Shown piece by piece: positions 60,969 through 64,000 of a stretch of 64,000 bases of DNA. Source of the stretch: Geosiphon pyriformis uo1. Its lineage: Eukaryota; Fungi; Glomeromycota. A model generated the notes under the pieces. It searched no databases, was not told the origin of the DNA, and saw only the letters and a program-made list of their open reading frames with translations. The stretch covers positions 813,894 to 877,893 of the forward strand of contig JAAOMT010000502.1 of NCBI GenBank assembly GCA_016748015.1, given 5' to 3'. How positions within the stretch are numbered: position 1 is the first letter of the stretch; every line of letters begins with the position of its first letter. The position numbers and the translations under genes are program-made.

Positions 60969-63900
60969 AAAATAGACATACCAATTAATATAGCAGAAGA
61001 AGAAATTGTAGACAAAAGAGAAATTATCTTAACTCATCAAACAATTTCCATTCCACCATATGACTAGTATATGTTAGCCATAAAAAGAGAAGTAAAGAAT
61101 CAAGCCTAATTGTTTGAAGCAGAAGCCACCATTTGTGAATCAGGGGGGATTGGATTCACCAATCTCTACATAGCAGCCAAAAGCCCCAAAAACATCAAAA
61201 TTCCCATCTATAATACAACTGGAAAGATTATCAAAATACCAAAGAAAACCATCATTGGATATTTAACCACCAAAGTTGAGGATCAACCACCAAACCACAT
61301 TCCAGATTTTCCACAGCTTTGTGGATATGTGGACATTACATCACAAACCATCTATAAAAGAAGTGAATGTTATCTGCTCCAACCAGAACAATTGAAACAG
61401 ATAAACATGGAGAATCTAAATTCACTTCAACAGATGCAGCTTAAGATGTTACTCAACAATTTCAATGACATTTTTGCTAGTGAAAATGAATTTGGCCGAA
61501 CCAATATCATCCAGCATCAGATTAAGACTAGAGATGTAATGCCAATTAAACAAAGAGCATACAAAGTACTACCAGCTAGCCATAAGATCATTTATCAAGA
61601 AATCAACCAGATGCTTGACAACAGACTAATTCAGTCATCAATGAGTTCATGGTTGTCATCAGTAGTACTAGTCCATAAAAAAAATGGAAAAATCCATTTT
61701 TGTGTGGATTATCAAAAACTAAATAGAGTAACTAAAGGTGATAGTTATCCAACTCCAAAGATCCAAGAACTATTTGATGCTTTTGGTGGAAATAAATGGT
61801 TCTTAACATTAAATCTAGATAGTGGATACTGGCAAGTAGCCATGAATCTAGCTGACAAAAAAAAACAGCATTTACCACAAGAGAAGAAAATTTTGAATTC
61901 AAAGTCATACTATTTGGCTTGATGAATGCTCCAGCAACATTCTAATAACTTATGGAAATTGTCTATATCAGACTACTATAGAAATCAGTAGTCATATACT
62001 TAGATGACACCAATATGTTTTCAAAAACATTTAATGATCATTTGTACCATCTCTAAGAAGTGTTTGAAAGATTAAGAAGAGCCAGATTGAAACTAAATGC
62101 AACCAAATGTTTCTTTGGAAAAACTGAACTCAAGTTTTTGGAACATGTAGTAAGCAAAGATAGAATCAAAATAGATTCAGACAAGATCAAAGTAGTTAAG
62201 AACTTTCTAGTACCAACCAACTTGACAGAACTAAGAGCATTTTTGGGATTCACAGGCTACTATTGTCACTTCATCAAGGACTTTTCTAAACTAGCTTAGC
62301 CACTTCATCATCTACAAACCAAGAATGTGAAGTATGAATGAACTGAAGCTTAACAAGAAGCTTTCAACACATTGAGAAGAAAGCTTATCCAAGCTTCAGT
62401 ATTGATGTATCCAGATCACAACAAACCATTCATCATTACTACCAATGCATTAGGTCAAGTATTAGAAGCAGTACTATCACAGAAAGAACTAGATGGAAGA
62501 GAACATCCAGTAGCTTATGCCAGTAAAAGCTTAAGTTCAGCTGAGAAGAACTATGGAACTCCAGCATTAGAACACTTAGTTATCTATTGGACTGTCATTA
62601 AATAGAAGGAGTACTTAAGTCAAAAGTTTAAAGTATACACTAATCACAAAGGATTAACTTCAATCCAAAAACAAAAATTTGCAAATAATCGCCATGTCAG
62701 ATGGAAAATAGAATTTTTACTATTCAATTATACAGTACATTATAAAAAGAGAAAAGACAATGGAAATGCCAATGGACTATTACAAATAAGACAAATTTAA
62801 GAACATTTCAATCCAAAAATATAACAAAAGATAAATATACAAAAATACTAACAACTACAATATTATATAAATACCCAATTATTCAAGGAGAAATTATTTC
62901 AAAAGGAACAAAACAACATAAAACAACAATCAAAATATTTTATCAATCATCAAAATATACTTTACTGAAAAAACAAAAAAAATTCAGATCAACCAACCAG
63001 AGTAATCACAGAACCAGAAAAAGAGACAATACTATTTAACATGCACTCAGATCCAACAGCAGGACATTTTCATAAAGAAGCAATTATAGAAAGAACCAGA
63101 AAAAAATATTATTGGCCATTAATGTATCCAGACATCATCCAATATGTTTAAAATTGTGATGCCTGTTAAAGAAGAGAAAGAACAAGACCAAGTGAATTAT
63201 TAAGACCAATCAAAGTGGGACAACTATTTGATCACATTGGAATTGACTTAGTTGGATCATTAACAATCACCAGTAGAAACAACAGATATATCGCAGTAGC
63301 CATGGACTATCTTACTAAATGGCCAGAAGCAAAAGCCATTCAAAGAGCAGATGCAGAATCCATTGCTGAATTCATTCATCAAGATTTGATTTGTCAACAT
63401 GAATGTCCAAAAAAACTATTATTAAATCAAGAAACCCACTTTGTAAACAGAACATTAGCAGAATTAAGTCAGAGATTTGGAATCAAAAAACTATTATTAT
63501 CACCATACCATCTACAAACAAATGAGTTAGTTGAGAGGTTTAATAAAACATTGTGTGAAGCAATTGCCAAAATCAGTCAAGAAAATCAGGATGAATGGAA
63601 TTTGTTTATACCATCAGTATTATTTGCTTATCGGACAATGAGACAAGATACTACACAAACAACACCATTTGAATTAATATATGGTAAAACAGCAATATTA
63701 CCAGTTGAAATAAAAGTCAACACTTATCTAACAGAACCAATAACTGAAAACAATTTTCGGGAAACATTGCTAAAAAAAACATATGACTTGATGGAAACAC
63801 TAGAAAACAGACAATGAAAAGCAGCTGACAACATCCAAAAGTCACAAGAAAAGCAAAAAAAATGACATGATAACCAACTACCAAATAAACCAGTTGAATT

Positions 63901-64000
63901 TCAGATTGGAGACAAAGTACTATTACACCATACCAAAGCAGAAAACAATGGAGTGGAAAATTCAATCCCAAATGGAATGGATCATTTTACATAGAAGAAA

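Larger units (their letters stand above)
54722..64000 (+). mobile_element. Ty3/Gypsy family B copy B2 (runs off the right window edge): LTR-PBS-gag-PR-Cys-rich region-dUTPase-RT-RNase H-integrase
   Basis: LTR 54722-55498, PBS 55501-55517, knuckle CYYCGRQGHLQIDC at 57284, protease near 58000, RT YLDD 61997-62008, RNase H 62372-62605, integrase 63215-63817. Confidence 0.93.
55562..64000 (+). pseudogene. B2 gag-pol polyprotein (gag and protease in one frame), many stops
   Basis: Fragments at 55562, 56102, 56984 and 57626 share one frame; 59700, 60051, 60330 and 61110 share one frame after the C2 insertion. Confidence 0.88.

Overview
AT-rich, intron-containing eukaryotic (fungal) DNA. The composition and TE types suggest an early-diverging fungus such as Glomeromycotina/Mucoromycota (inference). 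About 90% of the window is a nested pile of decayed retroelements. Family A is Ty3/Gypsy (~7.6 kb, 615-740 bp LTRs, 4-bp TSD, -1 frameshift signal, extra 218-aa ORF3 running into the 3' LTR); there are 8 copies or fragments plus an AT-saturated fossil, and the best copy is 40930-48503. Family B is Ty3/Gypsy with single-frame gag-pol carrying a Cys-rich region and a dUTPase between protease and RT (2 copies). Family C is represented by two ~1-kb solo LTRs. Family D is a poly(A)-tailed non-LTR element that encodes only an ORF1-like protein (4 copies). There are also two LINE fragments and a 78-bp Tc1/mariner-type MITE. One intact host gene, a five-exon RRN3 (50564-52984), lies in a CpG-retaining island bordered by extremely AT-rich DNA. 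TE copies show pervasive G:C->A:T decay, not only at CpG. Family names A-E are my working labels. All calls come from manual reading; no database search was run.
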